Origin: Amphiscolops sp. MND2022
Taxonomy: Eukaryota
Direction of reading: 5' to 3'
Assembly (NCBI GenBank): GCA_964187785.1
Contig: OZ076409.1
Coordinates: 36,706,001 to 36,770,000, forward strand
Length of the DNA stretch: 64,000 nt
Part shown: one piece after another, positions 13,201 through 25,864 of the stretch
Numbering within the stretch: position 1 is the first letter of the stretch
How the letters are laid out: each line of letters begins with the position of its first letter
Translations under genes and position numbers: made by a program
Notes under the pieces: model-generated
Database searches by the model: none
Told to the model about the DNA's origin: nothing
The model's input: the letters and a program-made list of their open reading frames with translations, nothing else

Positions 13201-16049
13201 AAATACGACGAAGAATACGTCATTAACATATTAACCGAGCATGCGGAACTGAACGCAAAATATGGTTCACTATTCGACAGCCAATCAGACTACAGCAAAC
13301 AAAATACCGAGACGAAACGGAATACATCCGAGAGCGAAAATGAGCAAAAGAACGACCAATCACACGCAAATAGAACATTCCAGAACAAAGACCACGTGAA
13401 TAAAATTAACGAAAGCGAGAAAACCACATCCGGGCAGTCCGAAATTAGCACCGCAAAGACAAGTTCAAACGTGAAAGAAGAAGATATTGAGAAAATGAAC
13501 CGAGAAAACCTGTACCACTGGGGAGCAACCCGAGAAATTATGGAGATAATAAGAAGAAGAAACAAAAGCCCGGAAACACGGAGACTAGTAGAAAGGAGAG
13601 AAACGCTAGCAAAGCCCGGAACAATGAGAAGACGATACGACCCGCAATCACAGAGAATGATCTTTACACCATCAAGACCGAATAAAAGAAGCCGAGAAGA
13701 GATTGCGGAAATAGATGCGGAGCTCACACAAAGAGCTAACCGAATAGGCGGTGGATACCGGCCAATACTAGAAGAGGAAGAAAATGAACCGGAAGCACCC
13801 GAAGAGGGAGAACTGCAAACTGAACAAAATACGGTGGACACCGAAGAAGATAGCGTGATAATGCGGGGGGACAATTTGCCGATCGTTGACCTCAGCAAAT
13901 ACCATACAGAAGGCAAGGAAGCCCATTACATTCAAATAAACCACATTGTGGGCCGGCTCACCGAGAACAAAAAAATGACGGAAGAAAACATCAAAAAAGC
14001 AGAATTTAATTTCATGCTCGACCTCAAAACACTTATATCCAAAACGGCGATCGATCCGGAAATGACACGAGTCCGGACCAGCATGAGAAGAGAGGAAAAA
14101 GACTCCGCGCCCGAAGGATACAGAGCGGTCTTCGATAAACTCTCGGTTCGATGGGGCCTAGTCTTCGTCGACGATCAAATTGCCGTTCCCATCGACTTGA
14201 GAAGACGGCTTATTGAAATTCTACACTTCGGTCACTCCGGAATAACAAAAATGTTAGCAGACGCGAAGATATTTTGGTGGCCGGAAATGCGGAAAGATAT
14301 CGAACAAAGAGTAAAAGATTGCACAGCCTGCCTAGCTACAGGTAAGAACCTTAAATACCAAATTCCAAAAAACAAGTACGGGAAACTAGAAAAACTGTCC
14401 CAACCGGGACAAGAAATACAAATTGATTTTACCGGAAAATTACATAATAAGAACCTAAACGGCGAACCACAAATATTAATTGCAATAGACCGGTTTAGTA
14501 AATGGCCGACGGCGAAAATTTGTAAAACATCGGAAACAAAAGAAGTTACAAGTTTCCTATCAAATCAGTTTAACTTATACGGCATACCAGAAAAAATTAA
14601 ATCCGATAAAGGGGGAGCGTTCACCTCAACCGAATATAAAGAATTTTGCAAAGCCCGAAATATAGAAGAACAATATTGCCCCCCGAGAATGCATACCGGA
14701 AACGGAACAGTAGAAAGAGCAATACAAACAATGAAAAATCTAGTGCTAGCTAATATGGAAGACGGAAATAACCTAACCGAAAGTGTGAATAGAGCATTAA
14801 AAGTGATGCGATTCACAATACACACCAGACTAAAGAAAACACCATTTGAATTACACCACGGTCGAAAGCCGAGAACGGAACTAACTAACATAATAAAAGA
14901 CGGAAAATCATTCTTATCCAATTGGTCAGAACTGTCCGTTTCAGCACCAAATCGGCCAAAAATACCGATATATGTCGATAGAGACGCAGACGGGGAAATC
15001 ACCAACCACATGGTGATGGCCCGGACAAAGACCGAAAAACGGCAACTGGCCTCGGAGTCAAAATCACCGAAGAAGAGGAGCTCGGTTAGATATCCCTTTA
15101 AATTTCTAGAAAAGAGACATAACCGGAAATCCTTAGAAGGTAGATTCCAATCAAAAATACAAACCGCAGTAAGCGGAACCGAGAACACCGTAAAAACTGA
15201 CACGGGAAAAATAATACACCGAAAATTTATTTCGGATCCATTATTTCAGAGCAAGAAAAGACACCGAAGAGAATCGGCACCGACAGTCTCAACTGAGATA
15301 ACGCCCAAGAACCGACATTGCCTACGCGGACTCGGCGGCAAATACGAGAAATGGGATGAAATACTCAAAGACATCCTAAACGGGAAACTGAGAATAGTGC
15401 AAAACAAAAAGCACACCGAAATAGAGACGGAAGACGTAGACGAAGACGACGAAGAAATACCGGAAGATGCCGGAAAGACGTATGACACATCGGAGAAAGA
15501 TGGACGGTATGCTCCGATACAAACAGACCCCGAAAATGATGTCATACAAATACACACTGACGGAGAAATGCCGCCACAGGGTGAGAACTCTCAAAATAAA
15601 TATAGACGGTCAAACCGAAATATAAATAAACCGAATAGATACGGTGGTATAACATATAAAGGAAATTTTTGGGTATGAAAAAGTTGTTTATATTACAGGC
15701 CACAGCTGGACTCGAACAAAGGGCACACCCAAACCAATACCGGGAACTGCACAAAAACCGCAAGACTTCCTGCCGGAGAACATGACGTTACCCGGCACAT
15801 CTTCAAGCCTCTGAAAAAACCCCGGAGAGAGAAGGGGAAATGTTATACGGTTCATCCGTCAATCAAAAGCAACAACCTTTACCGAACTCCGGTAACAGAC
15901 ATACCAGTCTGTTGTTTACAAACATTAGATGTGAAACTGTTACATCCATTTATGTTATAGAAATACTGTTGTATAGTCTACTACTTTGATACAGAAGAGA
16001 TATTATTTTAGAAAACCTCATTTTATCTAAAGCTAGTTAGAATATAACA
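10233..16049 (+). mobile_element. Ty3/Gypsy LTR retrotransposon (Mag-like), full length but coding-defective
   Basis: 209-bp LTRs (TGTTAT...ATAACA) at 10233-10441 and 15841-16049, with 2 mismatches seen. 5-bp TSD ACCTG. PBS TGGCGCAGTAAGCAAGAT (tRNA-Ser-like) at 10442. PPT at 15824-15840. Confidence 0.95.
10496..15678 (+). pseudogene. gag-pol polyprotein of the Mag-like element (disrupted)
   Basis: Two zinc-knuckle-like motifs, protease IIDTGS, RT WLDD, RNase H TDAS...DH, and integrase HHCC plus DDE. There is a frameshift near 12505-12535 and an in-frame TAG at 12982-12984. Confidence 0.9.
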
Positions 16050-18169
16050 ACCTGATCTACCAAAAGTTCTTCAACTTTTCAAGTAACTTCTCACTGACAC
16101 ATGACCTGGTGGTTGACTCAGATTTCCGGCAGTGTTAGAAACAAAGTTACGTAGGTTCGAGTCTCGCACTAAACCTAAAAAGTTTTTATGTTGGAGAAAC
16201 AGAGGAAGACAAAGGGTCCCCTTTAGAACTTTTTCGCGACTATGCTATTTTTTCACAGTTTTTTGCAAACATAAACTCTCTACTTCGATTGTCAGTAGTA
16301 ACCACGGCGTTTTGCAATCATAGCTGGTCACTTTTCGTTTTTTTTGGCACTGTGAGACTTACGGATAGAAGGATACTTTTTGAAAAAAGTTACTGAAAAC
16401 AATTTTGGAAACTAGTAGTTTGCAATTTCAGATTTTTGAGGTTTTCTGTAAAAGAAATATACTTCCTGGGCTTCGAGGGCGACCTCTTTGTAGTTTTTGA
16501 TCCTGATGAGTTTTCTGAATGATTGTGGAAAACACCTATTTTCAACTTTTTTCGTATCTGTGCGTCTTTCCGAAACATTCATCCGGTCAAAGTGTACCCC
16601 TCACTTTCAAAGCTGATTTCGGCTTGAGATGAAGTAGTTTTGCGAGCTGAAACTTTTTTTGGCACAATGGGATTTTTCCGAAAACAGTTCAAAACATTTT
16701 CTTTGTTTTTCGCTTTGGGGGAAATAGTGGTTTCCGAGTCTCAAACGTAATTCTTGGGTCATTTTTGGCACTGAAAATAGTGTAAAAGGTTAGAACTAGT
16801 GTCCTTTGCAAGTTTAAGGAACTTGAGTGGACCGCCAACTTGGGCCGGTTTCGGCCTATTATATTTTTGCACCAGATGTGTCAAATATTGTAACAATTTG
16901 ATATTATTGTCATTTTTGGGGTAAATTTGACTCTTCTAATAATTTCTAACATGAAAATACTGATTTGTTTTTTTAAAAGCCTAACGGAAACCGAGTTTAG
17001 TTGCTGTTGAAAGTTTACACCATTCTAATCCCCGAAATATTACAAAATAAATACACAAAAAAATTGAACAAAAAAATCATAAACAAATTGAACAAAACGT
17101 CCGAAATTTCTTGATTTTGGGTCATTCTTAGGTTTTCTTTTTTCGTGAGGAACTGCAAAAACAATTTCATTCGGAAGGCGTACTCCACACCTAGTGATTT
17201 TGCGGAAAGTCCAAAATTAGGACTTCGTCGTCGAAAAATGAGAAATTTTTGAAATTTTGGCACATTTTTTGTCAATTTCGAGGTACTTTATCCCACTGTT
17301 TTTCCACAAATTGCGTTTTGAATACACTATTGTTTCAATGTTCAGGTCAATGGATGTTTTATTCTACAAAATTTTCGGTGGTTTGAACAAAAACTGGGGT
17401 TAATGTGTCAAAAAACGTGCTTTTTTGTAGGTTTTTTTTTATTTTGGGGTATTAATGAGGCTAAGACATCAGAAAATTGCAAGTAGATCTTCAAATACAC
17501 CTACTGGATACCAGAATTAGTCGTTCCCGAGTTTTGTGAGTTATTCGCTTTTTTGGGTCATTCTGGGGAAACTCTCATCCATGAAAAGTGATGAGATCTT
17601 TTTCAAAAGCAAGTTGCGGACCTAGTTATACCATCTTGAACTTTTTAAAGCTGTTGTATTTCCACCAAAAATTTGTATTCTCAATTGAAATATCACGGAA
17701 AATGTTAGAAAGCAGCAAAATTTAATTTCAGCTCAATTTCGATCCGATTTCCAAGCGAAGTCCGCATTTTTGTCCTAAGAAAATCTACTGAATTTTGAGT
17801 TCAGTCGTTGTTGAACGTTTTCCAACATTTTGATTCCAAAACAAATTAGAAAGTACACATAAGTTGCATAAATACGTAAAGATGCTACGTTTTCGACTAA
17901 TTTGGAGTCTTTTTGAAGCGTTTTTGAGCAAAACGATGCAATGTTCATGTCAAAAAAGGGTACTGGTTCTTTCAATTTTGAACGTTATGGAACTTCGAGC
18001 CTAGAAACTTTCCTGAAAATATACTCTCTCCTTAGAAAGGTTTGGGTTTTTCGTCACCTTATGTGTCAATTTCATGCATTTTTAAAATACAAATTGTTTT
18101 TTATCTCTCCACAAAAGCCTTCTGAAGCAACGAATTCTTCCATCGTTTTAACATTCAAATTGACGTAGT

Positions 18170-19000
18170 TCATCGAAATTGACAAAAAATGAATAAAATT
18201 GGTGAAAATTGGAGAAATTTGAGAAATTTGTCTTTCTCAGTGTTAATCCCAGACGTTATGCATTTAAAAAATCAACATTTATCTTTTTACTAAGCCTCCT
18301 GGAGAGAAAAAATTTTTCTTTGTTGACACTTTTCAACATTCTTATCCACGGATGCTGTCGAAATTTTGACAAAAATTGCATAAAAACTTTGAAAGTTGAA
18401 ACTTTTCTGATTTGTTTTTCATTTTGGTGTGAATTTGAGATATCTTTCTTCAGGAAATCGCAATTATCTCTTCGGAAAAACCTACTGCACAACCAGGGCT
18501 TGCTGTTGAGTGTTTTAAATATTCTAACCCACGACCTTTATCGAAAATTTGACAAAAATTGTATAGAAAGGCTAAAATTCATGGAACTTTTGGGGTCATT
18601 TTCTTTTCGAAAAACCGTGTTTATCTCTTCATAAAAGACTACTGGAGAGCGAATTCTTGTCTTGTTGCACGTTATCATTTTTCTAATCCACGAAGGTTAT
18701 CGGAAATTTAGCAAAAATGCAAAAAAAACGGTAAAAGTCAAGAGATTTTGGACTTTTCGTGATTTTTCGGAACATTTTGGGTCTTCTTCTTTCCAAAAAA
18801 ACAGTTTATATCTCTTTATGAATGATTTCTGGACAACGAAGTCTTGCCTTGTTAAAAGTTTTCAACATTCTATTCCACGATGTTAATCGAAACTTTGACA
18901 AAAATTGCATAAAAACGTGTAAAATCGGGAAACTTTGGAATTTTTATTTTCGGGGTCATTATGGGGTCTTTTTCGTTATTCCCAAAAAGTCCAAAAATTT
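18170..19000. repeat. Degenerate tandem repeat, unit about 160-190 bp
   Basis: The motif cgaaa(t)tttgacaaaaattgcataaaaac recurs at about 18174, 18359, 18542, 18701 and 18889. Related sequence lies at 56060-56470 and 57430-57720. Confidence 0.6.
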
Positions 19001-19981
19001 TTGCAATTACGAATTGCACGATGCTAAAGTTATGTGAGTTGACTTCTGTGGGTGACACTATTCAATTTGAATTTGAACCTGGGCGAAAAATAAAAAAAAT
19101 GCTAAAAGTAATATTATTGGTCTTTAGGGTGTGATGATAAGAGTTCTGCGAGTTTTTCATTGCATTTTTTAAGTATATCAGTAGAGTCTCATGGAAAGTT
19201 AGTTCTTCGAGGTTTTGCAAGAATATAGGAAAACGGGTCAAAAATACCTGGTCGAAATTACAAGGCGTAAAGTTTGTCGAAAAGCAACTTGCCGAAAATA
19301 CAACAGAGGAAAACTCGTCGTTAGTTACAAGAAATCTCCTCAATCAAATTCAGTGCTAGTTTTGTGACCGTATTATATCATCAAGAATTTCACTGTGAAC
19401 AATAGAAGTTTTGCAAGCAATTGCAAAACTAGAGAACCAGATTTTGCAATACACCAGATTGTGCAATTTGTAAGCCCCACATCGGAAAATTCAAATTTTA
19501 AATAACACTTTTCATTATTTAAAAAAACGCTTTTCTCGTTTCGAAAGTCTCCAACGAGCCAGTATTATTTGTCAAAATGTTTGATTTTTGATCATTTTTG
19601 ACATCAGTTTCATACAATTTATGAAAAAATTCTCAGTGTTTTTGTGAGTATGAATGCTCAGAGTTTAGCGACGAAACTCATAGCTCAGCTACTCGGCATA
19701 CTTTGTTTTCACCCAATGATCTAATTTTCCAAAACTTTTCCGAAGGCCTTAAAACCAAAAAAATTTCAAAAAACAGTTTTGAGATGTATTCGCTATGTTC
19801 GGGCCTTACGTTCTTGCAGTTGTTACCGAAATAAATTACGGTGGAAAATATCCAGGTGCTCAGTGAGTGTCTTGGGTTATCTGTAAAATCCAGGGTACCA
19901 AGTTCACGTCGCTAGCTTTACGCCTTTTTGTAACAACTAGCCAAATTTCTCACTTTCTTTGAACTGATGAAAAGTTCTAAC

Positions 19982-20248
19982 TTGTTCCCATGGTGTTCAC
20001 ATCCACACAGTGTGAGAAACTGATCATCTCGAAGCAGGGCTGCCCTGCCATCTGCACACACACTACATAGGCTGTGCTGGGTGACAAATCTTGTATCGTG
20101 TAGTTGTTGGCCTTGATCACCTTGATAGATTTGGAACTGTCACTCCCTACTCCCCGATTGGGTGTCTCCCCCGCGAACTCTCTGTACCAGATGTAGTACT
20201 CGGCGATTTGCAACTCAGTCGGCATCCAGTCTATCGTAAGACTCTCAT
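19982..20248 (-). CDS. LRR-Ig-FN3 receptor gene, FN3 exon
   Basis: Encodes SLTIDW...YYIWYRE...YTIQDLSPSTAYVVCV, an FN3 consensus. AG/GT boundaries are phase 1/1. Confidence 0.85.
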
Positions 20249-20362
20249 CTGAATAAATTGGAGCATACAGAGTAAGACTCTCATCTGAATGAGTTAGTGT
20301 GTATTTTAGATGTTTTGAGTTAGGAAGTTTTTGTTTTCATCACCGTCGTTGCCAGAAAAAAG

Positions 20363-21080
20363 AACAAGACAGAAACGTCTCAAGTCGGCGCTATATCTAA
20401 GGCTCAAAAAGCGCGAAGTTTTGAAAATTGTTTTAAAGAAGAAGAAGAAGAAGAAGAAGAAGATTTAATTAATTTGATGCCCGAAGGCGTACAAATTACA
20501 GAACTAATGCGTACAAACTAAGGCGTACAAATTAAATTAAAACAATGGGGACGCTTTAGGCTTTTGGAAAGTCCAGTTTTTTTGCAAAATATCAAAAAAA
20601 TTCAAGGGGGACCCTTTGGAGACTATAAAAAATTTTAATAAAAAACGAAAAATGAGAATTTTGAGAAATTCTCATAGTGCCGAAAAAATTCATGCCAGTG
20701 ATTCAATTCGCGCACGCACGCGACAAGGGGAGACCTTTTGGGCTTTTTGAAACTTCAGGTTGCTGCAAAATATTAAAAACTTTGAAGGGAGGGCTCTTTG
20801 GAGACCAAAAAATTCGAAAAAAGGTGCCCAGTGCCGAAAAATAATTGAAAGGGGGACCCTATAGTCCGTCCCGTTTTGTATCTTACGTTAAAATTGGGTA
20901 CATGAAAGGGGGACCCTTTGCACTAACTTAGATGCGTTTCCGCTGGCCAGACTTGGCCGGTAAAGTAGTTTAGTAGTTCTGTAGAAAAAGTTTACCCATA
21001 CATTCTGGTGTCTTACGAAAAAAACTAGTCACAGCAATAGTCGGGCTTTTTTCCTTTAAAGGAAAAGGCGCCGACTAAAA
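20363..21080 (-). mobile_element. Helentron/HINE-like non-autonomous repeat
   Basis: Subterminal inverted repeats AGTCGGCGC/GCGCCGACT, a terminal hairpin, and internal ggggaccc/gtgccgaaaa units. Confidence 0.65.
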
Positions 21081-21543
21081 ACGCAGTTTTATCTGCCTGT
21101 AGTGTGCGGCAAGTAAATTGAAAGTTTTCCTTTTGAAAGTCAGAAGATATTACTGACTCCTTCGTATAAGAAAATAGACCCTAGAATAATTCCTTTGCAC
21201 ATATTTAATGATGAGATGCGTGTTGAACAACACTTCTTTTATAATAAATTTTGACTCAGCAAGCCACATCATTAAGATTGATAAAAGTAGTCATGTTCGT
21301 TTTTTGGAAGGTATAACTAGTTCATGAAATGTTATACAGTTGATGAGGATATGAGCAAAACTAGATTACCAATGGAGTCTGTGACACCTCAGAAACTTGA
21401 GCAGCGACACGTTTCTTACATCACAAAACAGTTGTTTCGATACTTCGCAGTCTGGATATTTGATCAACATTTCAAAAACGAGTGCCCAATATGTTTCATA
21501 TCTCCTTTGAATGAGCGAATGTCTTGAAGTAATTTGCACTAAC

Positions 21544-21781
21544 ATCCAATCTCGACGACCTTGACCTGTGAGATCTTGTACTTGTTGCAGTCGTTGTCAC
21601 AGAGGTCACACTGTTGCAACAAGTGTTGCTCGCTGACGTAATCAGTGACGTTGACCTGCACTGTTTTCTCCGACTTGCCGTGTTCGTTCTGAGCCAGGCA
21701 TTTGTACAGTCCAGAGTCCGACTGCTGGCTGTTGTAGACTAGCAACGTGCCGTCATTTTTCACTGTCACCCGCCCTATTTG
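21544..21781 (-). CDS. LRR-Ig-FN3 receptor gene, second half of the Ig domain
   Basis: cgtag|CAA start. GRVTVKNDGTLLV...DSGLYKCLAQNEHG is an I-set Ig signature. gttagt donor. Confidence 0.88.
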
Positions 21782-21869
21782 CTACGATATAAAAACAAAA
21801 GTATTAAATCCTAGTAAATTTTTTTACAAGAATCTGGCATATTTGACATGCAAAATCGTGAAAGGCAAT

Positions 21870-23373
21870 TGTCGCGCTATGACTAACGCTCTAACGAATC
21901 ACCAAAAGGCGCTTTCTATTATAAAAAATAACACGTGCAAAGAGAAACATAAAACTTGAACTAACGTTGTGTGGAGAGTGGAAAGTTGAAGTAAATATGG
22001 CGGCGGCCATAACGCGGCGGCCTCGAAGTGGAGTAATAAGTAATGGAATACTACGGGAAAGGAATTGCACTAGTGAAAATTTCTATTTCTTACCGCGGAT
22101 ATTTGAATTTTAAAGCTGAGCTACCATTGGTAGCATGCAACACATGCCGGCCAGGCACTTCAACAGCTGTGCTGAACTGTTTTTATACCGCGCGCACAGG
22201 CTGGAGATTCATTCATTCCCGCCGGACGGCTGAGCTCAACTTACAGCTCTCTCTCTCTCTCTCTCTTCAACTTATCAATTCCTCTACTTCTCTTACACTT
22301 ACTCTCCCCCTTCTCCCCCTCGACTCTTATTCTCCACTTTCTCTTTGCTTACATTGCACTTGTCTTATCTCAGACTTATAAAGTCAAACTTTCCTCCTTT
22401 TCTCCCTTTCCTCAAGCAAAAACTTATCTTTTCCTTTTCTCTATTCCCCAACAGAATTTTCTATCTTAGAAAATTCTCTTCAATTCAACTTGGTCTCCAG
22501 TTGGGTGAGTCGAAAATATCTTAGATTTTTTCTTTTAGAGGAGATTTTTTACTCTCCCTCCTTCTAACTGAACTCTATCTTAGAATAATTCCGCTGATTC
22601 AATTCTGCGGATTCTATCTTATAATAATTCCGCTGATTTAATTCTGCGGTTGTTAAAATTCTATCTTAGAATAATTCTGCTGATTTAATTCTGCGGTTTT
22701 CCCCTGTTAACTTATTTGTCTTTACCATTCCCATATTCAAAAAAAAAAAAGATGCTATTCCTAAAGTCTTAATGCTATTCCTAAAACAAAGGAGTAGAGA
22801 CTATAAAATTAAATAGTGTTGTCTAAGTTATTACAACACCAAAACTGGATTTTTCGTAAAAAAACTTTCTTCGAACTAAAGGAAATTACTATGAATTTCC
22901 TTCGATGCTAAATTTCTTCATCAATTTATGCTCTAAATTGAAATAGCTAAGATATTACTTCGGTTGCTGGCAAATAAATTTGGTGAGTTTGACTGAATAC
23001 TTGTAAACAGTTGAATAAAAACTGATATGTCTGAAGTTCAACTCTTTTATGTAATTCAACAAGTTTGCTAACATATGTTTTTTTTTCTATAGTTCAGAGA
23101 GCTCATTTACATTCACTGCCTTGCACTTACTCACGCAAGTTCCTTTGTTCGCACGTACACGCAAGGCACTTTCTTTTCGGTATTACAAAAAAGAAATTAA
23201 GTTATTGAGACTTTTCTACTTGTTCTACTTCAATAAAACAACAGTTGTTGGAAAAGCATTTTGCCAAATGTTGTAACAGCTGGGCTGACTAATACGGATA
23301 ACAAATTTGGAATTCCCCTCTAAAAGAGGAAACTGTAAAATAGCAGAACTGAAATTTATCCATGCGTGCGACA
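21870..23373 (+). repeat. 5' LTR (1504 bp)
   Basis: Near-identical to 38173-39677. Differences I saw are (CT)10 vs (CT)9, A12 vs A15, and one G/A at 22570. Contains three internal repeats of about 40 bp (22575-22700) and AATAAA at about 23232. Confidence 0.97.
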
Positions 23374-23376
23374 AAC

Positions 23377-23393
23377 TGGTGCGACCAGTGAGG
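23377..23393 (+). promoter_or_regulatory. Primer-binding site
   Basis: TGGTGCGACCAGTGAGG begins after a 3-nt spacer following the LTR and is complementary to a tRNA CCA end. The tRNA identity is not assigned. Confidence 0.8.
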
Positions 23394-24409
23394 CATCCTT
23401 TTTCTCTTACTATAGAGAAGTAAATGAGCAATCTGTTCGAATCCCTACTCTCAGAAGTTAGGGTTAACTACCTATTTCTCTTAATCTTACTTCTGATTTT
23501 CTTTTTTCTCCTACTGCCCCAATATGTGGCTTCTTTAGTCTATATAAATTACAGAACTGCTAGTAAATACTCTAATAGAATCTCTCCAGCTTAACAGCCG
23601 TTGGAAGAGACTGTGCTCTACCCAACTTAGTCCTCTCAATCCACAAAAAGGTTAGCGCTGATCTATTTTTACGGAAATGCTAGACTACATTCGGTCCTAA
23701 ACAAGAATGAAACTGCCCTCTAACACGGAATTTAAACTTACAGTTGGGAAGTTCACTCAAGTCCAGACGGACACACATTAAGTAAAAGCCCGCCTAGGTC
23801 TCCTCGGAGACTGGTTGAAGGCCGTGAGCCCAGTGGGTGTCCCGGAACCTGTGTAGCATTCCAAGTGGGAAACCTAGTATTCTAGTGATAGTACCCGAGT
23901 GTTTGCATGATAGTGATCTTGGCCCCGCGCACTTAATCCTGAGGACGAGAGTGACTCCCTCTGTTGGTTAGTTCTAGTACTACTTTTACAAAAGCCATTG
24001 AAAGGCTAGTCTAGCGAATTGAAGACCTATTGGACCGACTGTACTCTCCAATCTTTTAAGCTTAACTCGGAGGATTGGTATACTCCGAACTACCCTTTTT
24101 ACGGTAATCGTAACACAAGCGGGATTTGTAAGTATCCCCTAAAAATTTTGAAATTTCAGTAATAAATACTGGGAATGTGCCTATCCTGGGCTGAGATGCG
24201 CTAATTTCATTTTTACTAGCAGCGAATTACGGAGTATATGTTTTGTCAGACCTGCCTAATAATTATCACTGTTAGAATCATTGTACAAACAATTTTTACT
24301 TCCGCTCTTTGTAGTTACTCTCAAAAACCAGGAGTATCATACCTCACAGAGTCTTTGGCTTATTTTTCCTTACTTCATCTTCTATCTTTTATAACCTCAA
24401 TAGCTCACA

Positions 24410-25864
24410 ATGGCTGCGCAAAATTACTTGGCTTATCCAGACCTAGGCCGAGACCAATTCACAGGAACAGACCCAGATCAAGATCCTGAACAATTCATAC
24501 AGCTCATTGAAAAGAAGTTCCGGTTTTCTCACGGTGATACCCCGGCCAACGGACCAGCACTTGATGACTACAACTTCAGAAGAAAATCCTATTTTGCTAC
24601 ACTATTAAGAGGACCCGCAGCAGAGTGGTTCGAGACCAGCATCACAGACGCTAACACTTGGGCAGAAATCAGAGAGAGGTTCATAACGCGATTCGCAGAT
24701 GGCAGAAACAAATTTAGACACAGAATGGAAGCCGAACACGTCATCAGACGAGATGGAGAAGAAATAAAGAACTTCCTACACAGAATTAAAATAGTAGTCG
24801 GAAAAGGATGGCCAGATGATCTAGCCGGAGTCGCACAGAACAATAGAGACGCCGAAAGAGCAGCACAAGACAGACAAAGAAGACAGAGGTGCATTGACTA
24901 CTCACTGAGAGGCCTTCGACCCCCGAAACTGAGGGAAAAGGCACACGAATACTTAATGGATCATCCGAATGCAACCTGGGAGCAGTTCTCTCAAGCTGTA
25001 ATAAACAAAGACCTTTCTTACACAGTAACTACCTCTCTCACCGGTGGAGAATCACACGCAGACCCACTCATCCAAGAATTGCGAGAAGACATCAAAGGAA
25101 TCAAGCTACAAATCAAAGAACAGACGAACAACACTATCAATGCAATAGAGAAAACTGTTGATCCGAACGCAACAGGACGTAGAATGGCCACCAGGTTTTG
25201 CAGCTACTGCCGAACAAATGGGCATACGCCTAACTGGTGCAGAAAGAAGATGAGAGATGAAGAAATCAAGAAAGTTCAAAATGAATCCAACCCAGAGAGA
25301 CGAATAACTTTCACCAACGATTACAACAAAAGAACTGGACCTGGACATGGTTCTAGATTCCAAACTAGACTACCCGATTCAGAAATCAGAAAACATATGG
25401 CTGTGGCACATCAACTAGCACTTGCTGGAGCCATGCAGTCAAACCCTGCCCGGAACCAATATGATAGACCACAAAGAAGAAATTTCAACCCAGAACGCCG
25501 ACCTATGAATACAAGATTCAGTCCTGGTAACCAAAGATTTTCACAAGAAGGAAGAAGACCTTTTCTAAACAATTCTAACAATTCCAGAAGTGTTTCTCCT
25601 GGGCCCCAAAGAGCAAGATCTCCGTTCAGCTTCAACAGAGACCAGCCTAACTCCTTCAACCGCAACATACAGCCTCTTCCACCAAGGAATAACTCAGTCT
25701 TTAATAGACCACAAAACAGAAACGAAAGACCAAACACCCCCACTCAAACCTACGAACAAAGGTTCCCTAGAACTAACGACATGGGAAGACATAACACCGT
25801 ACAGTTTCTCGAAACAGATTACTCGGTGAACTCTGTCGCCGATATTCGCCCTTTAAACTATTAA
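24410..25864 (+). CDS. gag: Gag (484 aa)
   Basis: Capsid-like LRGPAAEWF...W.EIRERFITRF, a CCHC knuckle CSYCRTNGHTPNWC, and an R/N/P-rich C-terminus. Confidence 0.92.
   Translation: MAAQNYLAYPDLGRDQFTGTDPDQDPEQFIQLIEKKFRFSHGDTPANGPALDDYNFRRKSYFATLLRGPAAEWFETSITDANTWAEIRERFITRFADGRNKFRHRMEAEHVIRRDGEEIKNFLHRIKIVVGKGWPDDLAGVAQNNRDAERAAQDRQRRQRCIDYSLRGLRPPKLREKAHEYLMDHPNATWEQFSQAVINKDLSYTVTTSLTGGESHADPLIQELREDIKGIKLQIKEQTNNTINAIEKTVDPNATGRRMATRFCSYCRTNGHTPNWCRKKMRDEEIKKVQNESNPERRITFTNDYNKRTGPGHGSRFQTRLPDSEIRKHMAVAHQLALAGAMQSNPARNQYDRPQRRNFNPERRPMNTRFSPGNQRFSQEGRRPFLNNSNNSRSVSPGPQRARSPFSFNRDQPNSFNRNIQPLPPRNNSVFNRPQNRNERPNTPTQTYEQRFPRTNDMGRHNTVQFLETDYSVNSVADIRPLNY

Noticed and set aside
10828..15594. 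Many antisense ORFs over the Mag-like gag-pol
   Set aside because: These are shadow frames of an A-rich coding strand, with Phe/Ser/Leu-rich products and no motifs.
16100..16160. tRNA-like B box GGTTCGAGTC (similar traces near 4100-4170)
   Set aside because: No cloverleaf can be formed; at most a decayed SINE head.
22043..22381. 112-aa and 159-aa ORFs in the LTRs (also 38346-38825)
   Set aside because: The two LTR copies differ in frame at a (CT)n slip, and the products are low-complexity, so they are probably non-coding.
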